This document shows positions 1 to 13,655 of a stretch of 64,000 nt of DNA, piece after piece. Origin of the DNA: Lytechinus pictus (taxonomy: Eukaryota); contig NC_087251.1 of assembly GCF_037042905.1 (NCBI RefSeq), positions 14,448,001 through 14,512,000 of the forward strand. Direction: 5' to 3'. Positions within the stretch are counted from its first letter, which is position 1. Every line of letters starts with the position of its first letter. The translations under genes were made by a program, and so were the position numbers. Below the pieces are notes generated by a model. That model saw nothing but the letters and a program-made list of their open reading frames with translations. It made no database searches and had not been told where the DNA came from.

Positions 1-269
1 TTCATAACTTTAATGAAACATATTGCTTAGGGCCTATGTGTTCATCACTTGTGCTCGCATATTGTCTGTTAACTTTAATGAGAGAAATAATCCTATTCAA
101 AGGGAATAAATCGCATTAAAACATTCCGTTTTTAAGTCAATTGAATTGCTCGCACTTCGAGCTTTTATCATTTTATGTAGTAACATCTTTTTCACAACTA
201 CTTAAAGTGATTGCCCCCTTTTAAGGTCTAGTGAATATAAAACATTTCCAACCCGTGCTTACGTTCGTA

Positions 270-312
270 TGTTAAGGTCTTAAAGAGGACCTGAGCTTAA
301 CGCGTAACTCGC
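270..312. repeat. Left terminal inverted repeat, 43 bp
   Basis: 43/43 reverse-complement match to 36666-36708; starts TGT. Confidence 0.95.
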
Positions 313-474
313 TCCCTAGGTTATTGAAAATGTGTCCAGTGTGTGCGCGCAGTGCCTCTGTGTTTGCATCTGTGTTGTTTGGAATGGGATGCACGCACAG
401 GATCCTCTACATGCACAAGCACACGATTGCCTTCGACATGTAAGATTTGCTCTTCATCATATGCTGCACTTTTT

Positions 475-1135
475 TACCAAGTTACTATATGTCCTAAATT
501 TCTTTTTATTTGTATTTTTAGAATGGACTTCAAACCAAAAAGGAAAAACTTATAAAGTGGTTTGTGCGTGGATATTTTACAAATTAGAATAACATGGATT
601 GAAAAGGGAAAGGCGGGGGCAATGCTTAACATATTTTCATTTGGAGGGGGGGGGGGGGGGGCAAGACATAAGGGAACGTATATTCATCTGGTTATTATAT
701 GTCTTGAATTTCTTTTATTTTTATTTTTAGAATGGACTACATACGAAAAAAAGGAGAAAAAAACTTAACCAGAAGCCTATAGAGTGTTTCGTGCGTGAAC
801 ATTTTACAAATTAGAATAACATGGATTCAAAAAGTAAAAGCTGGGGCGGCGCTTAACATATTTTTATTTGGAGGAGGGGGGGGGGGGGGTAGGCAAAGAC
901 AATAGGGTACTTATATTACCAGGTTATAATATGTCTTAAATCTCTTTTTTTAATAAGTATTTATAGAATGGACTACAAACCAAAAAAAGGAAGAAAAACT
1001 TAAGCAGAATTAATAGAGTGTATTGTGCGTGAATATTTAAAAAAATTAGAATAACATGGATTTAAAAAGTAAATCTGGGCCGGCACTTAACATATTTTCA
1101 TTTGGAGAGGGGGAGGCAATAATAAGGGTACATAG
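475..1135. repeat. Diverged tandem repeat, about 3 copies of 210-235 bp
   Basis: tttagaatggact, aattagaataacatggatt and cttaacatatttt followed by a G-run each recur three times. Confidence 0.85.
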
Positions 1136-2599
1136 TTGGTTGTTTTTGTAGTAATTTGTAAGTTGAGGAAAGCCTTTTTGAACTGATTGCTGAGATATAT
1201 ATAGGCTCTTTTTTTCCGCGAGAGAGTAGCGTTTTGGGAAAAATTCAAATCTGAAGTGTCAAAACTCGCTTCATGGTGCTATTCACTGTTGAGATAAAAG
1301 GGCATTAATTCTAATTATTGAGGTCAAATCACGACCTCAAATATTCGGATATCTTGTAATAAGACATGGAAATGAAACATTTCGAGTATTTTTTTAAATA
1401 TTAAAAAAGATGTGTACCTAACTAAGGAATTAATGCCAGCTGTAGGTTCGAGCTGATTTTGTTTCTATATAGGACCTTCTGACCTGAAAAGGAACCTGAT
1501 ATGGTCTGCATTTAGTGACTTATGAATATGATAGGGCTACATATCTCGCCAATGAAATAATGCGAGCCCGAGGCTCGAGTTGAAAGTTTGTGATATCCCA
1601 CCCCTGAAAACTGAAAATTTTAACATTTAACCTTTTAACATTTTTTTAACCAGAAATATATATAATGAACATTTGTTAAAAAATTAATTGATGCCAGCGC
1701 GAAACGCGAGGAAAAATTTGTTATTATTTCAAACTTAGATACTGGACATTCTTAACATTTTGAAAACCATAAACATGATAAGGTATACCTTACTCACTAA
1801 TAATTAATAGAGCGGGAAGCACGTGCCAAAATCAAGTGATTTTCTAACCAAAAATGTATAATTTATTTCTAAAAAAGTATATATTCGTTAGAAAAAGACA
1901 TATTTAATTTTGGAATACATCGTATTTTGGAAAATCATTAGTTTCCTGCGGCTATTATTATTATTTTTTGTGGGGGGGGGGGTAGGGGCAAGGGGGCACT
2001 TGGGGGGTCATGTGTCCCCTGCTCCAAGTACGCGCCTCCCCTGTGATATAGTGATTTCTCAATGTGTGACTAAATGATCAACACAGAACACTGAATTACC
2101 ACTTAAAATATGAATTGGGCAATAGATTATTTCTGGATTTCATTAGCTAATAGCTTAAAGGTTCCCCCAAAGCTTGCTTAGTTTAAACCATAGGTGAAAA
2201 GCATATCGCTTTCCAAATACATAAAACTCAACAGTGATTGACTTGAAGAATTATTATCTTTCTGTCTCTCCCTCTCTTTTTTTTAAAATCTTGCATCAGC
2301 TTTTTCATTTAAATTATTTTTGCACTTTTATATAATATTTATTTGTGCCTCTCATTTGTATTTACATTATTATGTAACATTGTGTAATTGTTCAATATAT
2401 GCAGTTATTCTAAGCAGTGTTGGGCTAATTATATATTGTGATTTTACAAAAAAATATAGTTATAGGCCTATTATTCGTATTTTCGGGATCTAGGGACCTT
2501 CTCCGACTTATTGGACTTAGTTATCGAATACTTAGTTAATTTTCTATACACGTTAACTTTTTGGAATTGACATTTTATTCCAATTATTCTTTGTTTATC

Positions 2600-2712
2600 A
2601 TGTATGTATGTATGTATGTATGAATGTATGTATGTATGTATGTATGTATGTATGTATGTATGCATGCATGCATGCATGCATGTATGTATGTATGTATGTA
2701 TGTGTGTATGTA
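2600..2712. repeat. (TATG)n/(CATG)n microsatellite
   Basis: Directly visible tetranucleotide repeat. Confidence 0.95.
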
Positions 2713-4799
2713 ATATTGTGAATTATAATTCATCCAGTCACGGCAAAGTGTCAGATCAAGTTGTGGGCGGACTTGCTCCAGGGGCGGATTAGCCCCGCTC
2801 TCCCATACCTGATTTGTTCGATGTATTCTATTCATCAGTCACTAAATGCTTGCGCTTCGCGCTTGCGTAAATTCTTTAGTTAGTTAATTAGATTAGACAT
2901 ATTTTTTCAATAACAAATACTGGTCGTAATGTATTTTATTTTCTCTTATTACATAAAATATACAGAAGTTTGAGATGGTGATTCGCGCTTCTAACATCTC
3001 GCAAAAGTGAATTTTTGACATTAATATCACCAAAATTCACCAATAATCGAATTCATTTTTTTCATTTTTTTAATTTTTTTCGGTAAACGTTTGCTCGCAG
3101 ATGAAATAAAGCATACATGTATGTGTAATCAATCACAGATCCCTTCAAAAAGGCTTTGCTCAAATTTAGTACCACAAAACTCACAACTACTTCACTGTAA
3201 ATATTCGTTTGCACCAAATGCCCATTTTGACATATAAGTTCCCTTCTTTGCCCCCCCCCCCCCCCTCAACGAAAATATGTTCCACTGCCCTGATACTTAT
3301 TATCATAGGTTTTTCCGTTCAAATCATTTAGGAGTCACTTAAATTTATTAAAGCGCATTTAAATTCACGCGTTGTCGGTCATTGATAGTTTTTAATCAGA
3401 CAATGGGATTCATTTGAAGGCACTAGAATTCATTTATAATCATTTCAATAATATGTTCATGACTATCTCAAATTTGTCTATTTCAGTGTTTGTCACATGC
3501 TTTTGTTTTCGCTCTAAGACAAAGAGGTTCGCAAATGGTATTAAAAGTTATTGATCGTGCTTTTAAATTCAAAATGTTGAAAAAGGAAATTAAGAAAATG
3601 CGCATTCAATTTAATCAAGAATGACCGATGTGATTGTTTTGATTGTTTGAGCAACCAGTCTCATTTAAAAAAAAAAATTACAAATCAATAATGTAATTCG
3701 TTTGTTTTGTTTGTATGTATGTAATGTCTAAATGTATAAACATATTCATGATAAATTATATTGTTTATACATTGGAGCTAAATTAGATATTTGTTTTTAA
3801 CCAAAATTTCTTCTACAATTCCCATAGTTCTCACCATAAAAACATTTTTTGGCATCTTATGCATGGGTTTTTACGTTTCGTTTACAAAGGTTTTAAGAGC
3901 AATACTATTATATATTTTTTTATTTCAACCGACAATCATGACAATGTTGATTATGTGAGCATTTTCATTGATGCTTACTTTCTTCTTTTCAATGTTCATA
4001 TGTCACAAGGGTACACCAATGATTTTCCAATGGGGGGGGGGCAATTTGTAAGGAAAAAATGACAAGCCCCCCCCCCCCAAAAAAAAAAAAGTGGGGCCTA
4101 ATCGCCCACGCAAGACACATTGCAGTAAAAAAACAAGAAAATTGTGCCTCTCGAAAGTAGATCCGCCGCTGCTGTCCCTTTCAAAAATATTTACAACTTC
4201 ATTAAGTTTCATGGGTGATCATCTGTATGTCAATCATGGCGTATTCGGAAGGGGTGTCTCCATCAACCCTTGTTATTATTTTAGAAAAAATATTCCAGTT
4301 CATTCCATCACATTATTTCAAATATTACTAACAGGAAAAGTTGGTATGCACATGAAATGCAATTGCCGAATAATCACCATGATTTCAAATTCGTTGATTC
4401 TCAACATATAAAAATCGTAATAAAATATTTGAATCTGAAATTGAGCGGGAAAATCTCTATTATCAGCCTCAACTTTCATGGGGTGCACCCCTTTCCCCTG
4501 TGTACTGCACTTGTACTAATTGGTACCTAGTGCACATATAAAAAAGAAATGACTCATTGAACCATTTCCTTTATCAAGCTCTTTCTCTTTCTTATTCCCC
4601 CCCCCCCTGGTTTTGAACTTTTGAGAATAGAGCCAGAGTCTCTTTCGTTACGCCAGTGGGTTGAATCATTAATTAACTGATTATTTTTTCATAATAGTAA
4701 ACAGAGTAGGATTATACGTTGTAAACGTGGGTATTTATTGCCATGTCAGAGGTGAAAGTTAGCATTTGAATTAAATACTAGAAAAAACAAATTCTTATT

Positions 4800-5432
4800 A
4801 AGGGGAAACTATTTGGGAAAACTTGTTTATTTGTAAAAAAAGAAAAACCTAGGCCATCTTGACGATACTTTACTCTGAGCCACGATTTACATGAAATGGC
4901 TTAGGTTTGATTTTTTTATTAATCATTGGCAAGCTTGGGAAAAGTGTGGAGAAACAAGTATTAAATGAAAAATGAAATTTAAACCCACTTTAAATGATAA
5001 AAACTTAGTGAAAAGATTTTGTTGAGATTCAGTAATGACCTCAAATTCAGTTGGCACAAAAAGAGTAGTAAAAGGTTTTGCTTACTAAGTGTTGAAATGT
5101 CAACTTTGGTGGCAAAAGTGTTACAAAATGCTTGAAAAAAAATCCGTTTTATTTCAGTTGACTAAAAGTGCAAGGGAAATGTAATAGAAATATTTCGCAG
5201 GGCAAGTTTGATATCCGCCCTTTCCCATGTTTCCGTTTTACACATGAAAATGATCATTTCTGCGAGCTTTACAGAAATGGAGAGTGCTCACTCTATTGTA
5301 ACATTCTGTCAAAACTTTTACTTTCATTGGAGAGAGAGACCCAAACCCAAGATTGTATGTGAAAATATTATCCACATGTATATATTTTTTAATTTCCACA
5401 CTTTTTTCAAAGTGTAAACTTCTTTTGATACG
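4800..5432. mobile_element. Decayed partial copy of the Tc1/mariner-like MITE at 9617-10596
   Basis: Colinear similarity, e.g. ggccatcttgacgata, caagcttgggaaa, gagacccaaacccaagatt, and a right-end remnant ttttgatacg. Confidence 0.8.
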
Positions 5433-5700
5433 TGATTTAGTGGTTCCGACTCTTGCCTTTGAAACAGAGGGTCGTGGGTTCGAATCGTAATCATGGCGTG
5501 TTTCCTTCAGCAAGAAATTTATCCACACTGTGCTGCACTCGACCCAGGTGAGGTGAATGGATACCCGGTAGGAGTAATTCCTTGCATGCACTGAGCGCCG
5601 GTGATGGTAGCTGGAGCTAAAGCCATGCAGGGTAATAAAAGCAGCGCTTTGTATCCTCTGGCAAAAAGCGCTTTATAATCCAGCTATTATAAATCCAGGC
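5433..5700 (+). mobile_element. tRNA-derived SINE
   Basis: tRNA-like head (tagtggtt...gtcgtgggttcgaatc, B-box), core gctgcactcgacccaggtg, tail agcgcttt...aagcgctttataa then A/T-rich repeats. Confidence 0.75.
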
Positions 5701-6739
5701 TGTCATCATTTTCAAGCTTTACGCTCACGATGGCGGTCCCCTTGCACTCTTTTAAAGAGTTATTTTCTTTTGATTGAATATTGCTTCTTGTTGATATTTA
5801 TTTTTCATTGCTTTATTATGACTATTGCTTTATTACTTTGTAAAACTTAAATGTATCACCTTGATGTTATGTTGCATATATTATCTTGAATGCATAAATA
5901 ATCAAATCAAATCAAATCAAATTATTATCATTATTATTATTATTATATAAACAGATAGTTTTTGTTCAGAACTTGGATAGGAAAAGAAAAGGCAGACCGG
6001 CCCGACTATTCTCGAACTCGCATCTAGCCCTATATGCCATTCAAAGAGTGATGACATTGATGATATCGATGGCCATTGTCATTTTCATAACTAATAAAAA
6101 TGATTAAAAAAGAAAACCGCCTCGCCTCTGGATAGTTATCCGTAAAATTAGTGCATGGGGTGGTAAACGAGAATGTTCCATATCCCGTAAAACCACAACT
6201 TTGTTAAACCAATTAATTTCCCCTTTATTCTAAATTTATTTGGAATATAATAATATTTTCATTGTCCACGTACTCAGTAAAAATAATACTTTCATAAGTT
6301 ATGATTAATCCTTTGCAGTGAATTGTAACTATGTTTAATCTCCCAAAATTTGTTTTTTTTAAATACTTTATTAACGAGACTTTTGTATTTCATTTTTACA
6401 CAAAATTCCTGCCGTGGGAGAGGTCATCATAGGTAGATCGAGGGGGCGAATCAGCGGCCCGCCCCTTATTGGCGGCGCAAAATAGGAAGGTGGAGGAGAT
6501 AAGAAGAAAGATATGACGAGGAAGAAAATTAAATGATAGAAGGGGGAAAGATATTGGGGAAAAGAAAACTTTTAGGTCATAGTATAAAAATAAAAACAGT
6601 CGGGCGCGACACAGCCATCTCTTTATTTCAAAACGTGGTTATTTGTTATCACTTTATAGATCGAAATATATAAAATCAAACAATTATTTAGGAAGATATT
6701 CATCTTTATTTCATAATTAGTTGGTTAAAATCTTTAAAA

Positions 6740-7640
6740 AAATACTCGCTCGCATTGCTTATTGAGGTAGGCTGCTTGTTCTTTGTTTCCAAGGTGTTTC
6801 AAAGATCTATTTTTCAGATCTGAATAAAAAAAATCATTTCGGGCTTGCGCTCGCATCAGTAATATGTTTGAGTCAGAATGTATGTAAATAATTCAAATTT
6901 TTATACCGGAAATTGCATATATTCAGCTTACACTTCGCGTTCGAATCTATTATTGTTTAGTAAAATTCCTATCGTATTCATGATTTGAAAAAGTGTTAGG
7001 TTGAAAATACAAAATTTCAGCTCGCGCTTCGCGCCCACATTGTTCAGATTCCTATCTAGTGCATATTTTTTTTAAGTAAGAATGTCTAGTATTTAGGTTG
7101 GAAACTCAAAAACTATCACCCCTTGCCTTGCGCTCGCATTTTATTGTTTAGATTCCTATCCTGTTCATATTTTTTTAAGTACTAAGAAAAAATAAAAAAA
7201 CTTTCATCTCGCACTTCGCGCTCGCATTAATTGATTAGATTCCTATCATGTTCGTATTCTTTTTGAGGTGCTATGAATGTCCATTTATAGGTTGCAAAAT
7301 TAAAAATTTTCAGCTCGCGCGCGCATCTATTATTTATTTAAATTCCTATCCTATTCATGATATGAAAAAGTGTTACGACGTCCAGTTTTTAGTTTGGAAA
7401 ATCAAAAACCTTCAGCCCGCTGGCGCTAGGGCTAGCATTATTTTATCAAATTCCTATCCTACAATGATTTTTATAAAACTGTTAAGAATGTCCTGTCTTG
7501 GATAAATCAAAACTTTCAGCTCGCATCTATTATTTATTTGAATTCCTATTCTATTTTTGATTATAGAAAGTGTTACGAATGTCTTTTTTATAGGATGGAA
7601 AATCCAAAATTTCATTTCGCGCTCTGCGCTCGTATTATTT
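6740..7640. repeat. Degenerate minisatellite-like array with recurring ctcgcgcttcgcgctcgcat motif
   Basis: Motif recurs about every 90-120 bp with attcctatc and aaaatttcagc. Related motifs occur at 1-270 and 36715-37200, and in reverse at 1430-1830 and 8160-8880. Confidence 0.7.
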
Positions 7641-9616
7641 ATGGAGGCCTTTCATCTTTAGTTAGGAATACCTCCCCTCTTATAAATATGTATTTATTTA
7701 TGTATATATAATAAATACAAATTCACAATGTTGCCTGGAGGTTAATCCAATTTAATTGCCACACTGAGTTTCATGCAACCTACGCGAGGCGCGATCTTCA
7801 GGTAACCGATACAACTTTTCAGTGGTATTAAAGTTTTACCAGCTGCCTTTTGATTTTTCCATTTGTATTTCATTTTTAAATTGACTGCATGAGGTCAGCG
7901 CACTTGCCGAACGCCAAAGAACGTGAATTTTTGATATGTCAAAATTACCAATAAACAGTGGCGTAACAGAGGTCGGTGGCCAAGGGGGGGGGGGGGCAAG
8001 AGCCAAAAATTTCCCTGTCATATCATGGTTTGAACAGGCTCTTTTTATGATTGTGCCCCTAGCATTAGGGCGAAGCTCAATGCGTGCTATATACCCTCCC
8101 CACCAAAAAAAAAGAGGGGACATAGCATGGTGCGCGCAGCAAAGAGTTGCTTAATATATATCCCGATCGAGCGAAGCGTGCGAGAAAAAATGAGCTTTTC
8201 GTGAGAATCTATTTTTTAGATTGATTTTGACATGGTATACAGAAAATAACATTATCTTACATCTTCCTTTCCTGTTCTTTCATCTTTTCTTTTATGTTCA
8301 CGGTTGTAGAATTTTTTTGGGGCCAGTGCTATATGCGGATTGGGGGAGGGGGGCAATGGCGGCCCCAAACTTTTTAATCTCGGGGGAGGCAAAAGAACAT
8401 TTGGGGGACGGGTCAACACACAAATATATTGCCTATTTCTCAAAATCGAGCAAGAAGCGCGAGCTATTTATTTCAATGTAGACCCTACTGACTTGAAAAG
8501 GGACCTGTTAATTAGGACTAGATGTTTGCATTGTGTCCTCAACATGATATCTCACCAAGTAAATTATGCGAACGCGAAGCGCTTGCTGTAAATTTTTAAC
8601 ATCCTGACGTGATAACTGGATGTTTATAAGCAATTTTTAAATGATGAACCGGATGGCTAATTAAACATTTGATGCGAGCGCGTAGCGCGAACCGAAATCC
8701 TTTATGTATGAAAATTATGAATAGGCACAGATGCGTATTTCGCTAAAACGAATAATAAAAACTTTAATCGCGAGAAGCATATTATTGACTTGAACAATGG
8801 ATTTTTAAGCCCCATTTGAACAGATAATTTACTTAGATCAGTCAACAGCTACTGCGAGCGTGTATAGCGCGGGCGACATTTTTAGTTTTATATAATGACC
8901 TGAAAATTTTATGTTAGTGACCAAAATTATTGAGAGCTAACAGTGAATGGATGAGAAATTTTTCAAAATTTAAGGAACGAAAAAGCTCTTTTGGAGCACT
9001 TGGCAGCTTTAGTAGGCCTCCTCCTCCGTGCCGCCACCGGTCTGGGGCGGAGCCCCCGGAACGTCGTGATATTTTTAAACATTGCAGATGGCCACTGTTT
9101 TATCAAATTGCGGGAACATACACGACACCTATAACTTCAACGCAGTTGCGGATAATAAACTAAATATTTAGAGGCAGCATGTAGCTGCAAATGTGAAAAC
9201 AATTTATAAAAGTCGCCAGCGAGCGAAGCAAGCCAGAACATATTGGCCTATAAAACTGTTTTTTGTAATTGAATTCTACTTATGTGATAGTAGCTTTGGA
9301 AATGTAGCCAAAGTAAACAGGCTTTTTACTGCAAATTTAGCCCGCGCAAAGCTTCACCTAGGTTAGGACATAATATTGGGGGATATGACTAGCCCTTGGC
9401 TAACCCTACTTTGGCTAAAGAAATTTCCCGGCATTTTTTGTCCTGATTGTGACCATTATTGCATAAAATTTAGCAAGCTTATAATAGACGCCATTCACCT
9501 TTCTTCCCTTTATAATAGACGCCAACCACTTCTCTTCCCATTCTTTATATTTTACAATACATCTTACCCGGTCGTGTTACTACGTTCTCTTATTTTTCTC
9601 GTCCCTTTTCTCTATA

Positions 9617-10596
9617 CAGTGCGTATCAAAAAAGTTTACACTTAGAAAAAAATCCTGTAAAATTATGCAATTGTAATATCCTGAAGATTTTTCCACATTT
9701 TGACATTGCTACAGATCCATTTAAACAAATGACGATATATCTGTCGAGAAATACATCCGCTTGAGTGAGCACCACTTAGTTTGGAAAAGTTAGTGAAAAT
9801 GATTTGCTCAGAACTTTGAAATAGTTATGCGAATAAAAGTAGACCTTATTCATGAAAAACACGTGTAATTTAGCTAGTAAAATTGGTGTGACGATATCTT
9901 TAATTTTTTAAACTTGTTTTATTGCCCCAAACACTTCGAAGAGTGCATTGCGCCCCCTCCCCACTCCCCCACACACCGAGGCCATCTTGACGATATAAGC
10001 TTTACAATGAGCTGTAAAGGCTTAGGCAGGTTAGGCTTGATTTACATTTTTTTAATCATTGTCAAGCTTGGGAAAGGTGTGGAGAAAGAAGTATCAAATA
10101 AGAAATGAAATGTAAACCTACTTTAAATAATTAAAACTTAGTGAAATAATGCTGGAGAAGTCTGATATAATTTTTGTTCAAATTCAGTTATGTCTTCTGA
10201 TCCAGCTGGTACAAAAAGGGTAAAGGTTGTGTTTACCAATTGTTGAAATTTTCATTTTTGGTGGCAAAATTGTTACAAAAATGCTTGAATGTATCCGTTT
10301 TATTTCAATTGACTAAAAGTACAAGGCAAATGTATGAGAAATTTTGTGCAGGGTAAGTTTGATTTCGCCCTTTCCTCATGACACGGCGTGAAAACAAGCA
10401 TTCCTGCGCAAACAGATGTCTGCGAGCTTTATAAAAATGGAGTGCTCACTCAAGTGCAACTTTTTGTCAAAACTTTTACTTTCATATGATAGATGAGACC
10501 CAAACCCAAGATTATATGTGAAAAAATACCCTTATGTTGTATATATTTAAATTCCTAGGGCTTTTTAAAAGTGTTAACTTTTTTTGATACGCACTG
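9617..10596. mobile_element. Non-autonomous Tc1/mariner-like element (MITE, 980 bp)
   Basis: TA|cagtgcgtatcaaaaaa ... ttttttgatacgcactg|TA; CAGTG termini with TA target duplication. Confidence 0.9.
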
Positions 10597-10954
10597 TATT
10601 TTCTGATTTTCCAATTAAGCGTTTGGTTCTTCCTTCAATTCCCGTTTCTTATTGCCTATTTCTCCCATTTTTCCCGTCATTCTTGCCCGTGCCAATAAGT
10701 CATATCTTTTGATTTTATCTCCCTCTCTTGCTAATCATGCTAGTATACTTGTCATTAGTATTTCCGTTTCTTTTTCCATTTCCCTTTCCTCTTTTTCTTT
10801 CTTTCTTTCCCTTCCCCTTTCTCCCTTTTCTCTTTTCCCACTCTTTTTTACTTTTCCCGGTGAAATCCGCCCGTAACGCCACTTCCAATAAATTACCCCA
10901 AACTGAAGCAGTTATAATGCCGAACAAGTAAGTTTGCATAATCAATACTCAATG

Positions 10955-11087
10955 CAGTGGCGTACCTAGGATTTTCCACAGGGGGGGCAAAACTGTCCGC
11001 CAAAAAATTAGACAAGCAAAAAAAAAAAAAAAAAAAAAAAGGTCTTCGATCACAAATAAAGGATTTCGAACCAGAAAAAAATTGACA

Positions 11088-11132
<45 letters not shown>

Positions 11133-11275
11133 TCAAGCTCGTCAGGGGGGCAAAAAAGGTTTTTCAAGCCCGTCAGGGGGGGGGGGGGCAAAGATACGTT
11201 TTTGCATGGGTTGTGACTCATCAGGGGGGGGCAGTGTGCCCCCCTGCCCCCCCCCCCCCCGTAGGTACGCTTGTG
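10955..11275. mobile_element. GC/homopolymer-rich MITE, hAT-like
   Basis: Imperfect TIR cagtggcgtaccta / taggtacgcttgtg; exact 8-bp TSD actcaatg (10947-10954, 11276-11283). Confidence 0.85.
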
Positions 11276-11921
11276 ACTCAATGTATTTGTATGTCTTAGA
11301 AAAAATGATATTTTGTTCAATGTAGAAAAGGGAAATTGTTTTTGCTTCATTTGATAGAAAGTCAAGGTCAATTTAGCCTAAAGGTGCTTACGTGTCAATG
11401 AAAGTAAATCGTGCACACGATGCAGAGTATAGTAGCGTAAAGACGTAGAGGGCGTGAGAGATGTGAACGTGAACAGATGTGAACCGTATTTCGGTGAATT
11501 ATATTAGTTTATTACAGATTCTGAGAATGAAGTTTACATTACATAAAGGAGTCTTATAACCTATTAGGAGAAATTGACCTTTGAATGAGTACTTAAAACA
11601 TTTTTTTGCATTAATTAATAAACCTTGATGGTGGTGATGTAGCTGGTATTTTATTTAAATTGTGCCAAAGCATGAGGGTGATTTTAGTTGTAGCTTATCA
11701 GCTCTCATAGGATTTGATAAAGACAAAACCATTTAGGACTATTGAGAATGGATGTTAATAATTTTGAAAGCAAATGATATAAGGCGATAATTTACATAGA
11801 ATAAGCCCTATTTTACTGCTCACAGACTCATGAATAATCATAAGTCATCAAAGGTAATGAATTATTTTGAAGGACGTTTACATTTAATATTTAGATAAAA
11901 GGAACTATTTCTGCATGTTAA

Positions 11922-12917
11922 GGTGACAGGTGCCCTATTACCGTGCGGAAACGACTACGGGTATATAATCAAGCATAGGATTCTTACTAAGTACCTGTAC
12001 CCCAACAAACTATATATTTTTGGAAAGCTTATGAGCTGATCTACACAAAAATTTGCACTGTGGCATATTAGCTTTAGGCATAAGCAAAATATGGTCATTC
12101 AAAGTCATGACTTTAAAAATCAAGATTTTTCTCTATATGAACTTTCTATGGTTATAACTTCACAACATAGAGTGTAATTTAAGTTTTGATGGATTAATTT
12201 AATTCTCTGACTTCTTTGTGATGAATTTATGATGGATTTAAGAAATATTCAGAGTAGAATTGTAAAAATTATGGATTAAACAAGCAGTCAGATAATGAGA
12301 AATTCAGAATGGACTTTTATACACAACTCCACCTGTGGGGGTACCATGCACAAAAACTATCATTATTTTGTTGTACTCTTCAAGATACACAATTCTACAA
12401 AATTTCATGCAAATCCAATGATTAGAACTCAAGTTATTACATTTTTCATTTAAAAAACCCTCAATTTTGTATAATATCACGATAAAGAAAGGGCTATAAT
12501 ACTAATAATAACGGAAATTTGTAACGTGCCATGTCTGTCACATAGTGTATGTAACTTGAAGTCGCTGCCATATTGTGCAATACAGTAGCTCTCCCTATTT
12601 GGCCAACAGAGGGTGGTAGTCCACTTTGCTACATGGAATATCTGGGGCTTCAGCCAAAAAAAATCTGGGGAATTTCTGATTTTTTTTAAAGGCAGTATCA
12701 AAGGTTTTGGGGACAGATTTAATCACTTCCGGTGTGTAAAATACTACTTCCGGTTTGAGAATTTTATGAAAATATGTTTTAACCCCCCTCTTATTAAAAA
12801 AAGAGGTAGAATATTGAGATAAAACAAGTTGCATGATGAAGTACACACATGAAACTAGCAAAGGAGACAAAAAAATTGAAATCATTAAAAAAAAAAATTT
12901 TTAGGGCACCTGTCACC
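11922..12917. mobile_element. TTAA-flanked non-autonomous DNA transposon (Kolobok-like GG...CC termini)
   Basis: ttaa|ggtgacaggtgcccta ... tagggcacctgtcacc|ttaa, perfect 16-bp TIR. Confidence 0.85.
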
Positions 12918-13239
12918 TTAAGAGTACACAAATAATTAGTCAATGAAGACTTGATTTCAGTATGAACAAATTTATTTCTAAAGGATAATATAGGAAGGAG
13001 TTATGATAAGGTGTTACATATAAACATAATTCAGTTTACTACATAAAATAGCTGTCATAAAGAGCAAGGCATGGATGTTGAACAATAATTAGATTTAGTT
13101 AATGAAATCGTACATAAATTGAGTCAAATGTTTTTGACAAAATAAGTATATTTTGCAGCATACTTATGATGTTTTCATTTCCTTTTTCGATTATGCAGAT
13201 TGAATAAGATGTATCTATACAGTTATTGGTACTTCTAAA

Positions 13240-13655
13240 GGCGACCGCACACCTTACGACTGGTCTGCGACCCGATTTTGGAACAAATCGCTTTTGCTCA
13301 TTTTCTGAAGATGTGAATGGAACATATCATTTTATTTGAGGTTAAAATTAATTGAAATATTAATATTATAGCCATTTTGAAAGATTACAAGCCCTTACTT
13401 TGGAGTAAAGTCCAAATTAGTTTCAAATAGTAGCCAATCGTACGACTGCTATGACGTCATTACGACTAGATATTAAATTCGCTTTTATTCTAAGAAGGAT
13501 GATAGTATACTAGTCACAAATTTGATCATAGGTATTGGTAAGATGATTTAGAACATTACAGAGTAAGATATTCCAAGTCTCAGTATTAGCATCAAATTCC
13601 ACTACATTTTATTTTAAAATCGGGTCGCAGACCAGTCGTAAGGTGTGCGGTCGCC
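13240..13655. mobile_element. MITE with 40-bp perfect TIR, TAAA flanks
   Basis: taaa|ggcgaccgcacaccttacgactggtctgcgacccgatttt ... aaaatcgggtcgcagaccagtcgtaaggtgtgcggtcgcc|taaa; decayed relatives at ~54421-54822 and ~59370-60158. Confidence 0.9.

Noticed and set aside
272..290. TTAA-target (Kolobok/piggyBac) reading of the big TIR (ttaa|ggtc or ttaa|agagg)
   Set aside because: The inverted match extends outward past both TTAAs to TGT/ACA, and the 6-bp direct repeat abuts exactly there.
2471..2835. ORFs with HTYI/MYVC repeats
   Set aside because: Translations of the (TATG)n microsatellite.
5433..5510. tRNA gene
   Set aside because: No complete cloverleaf; continues into a SINE body and tail.
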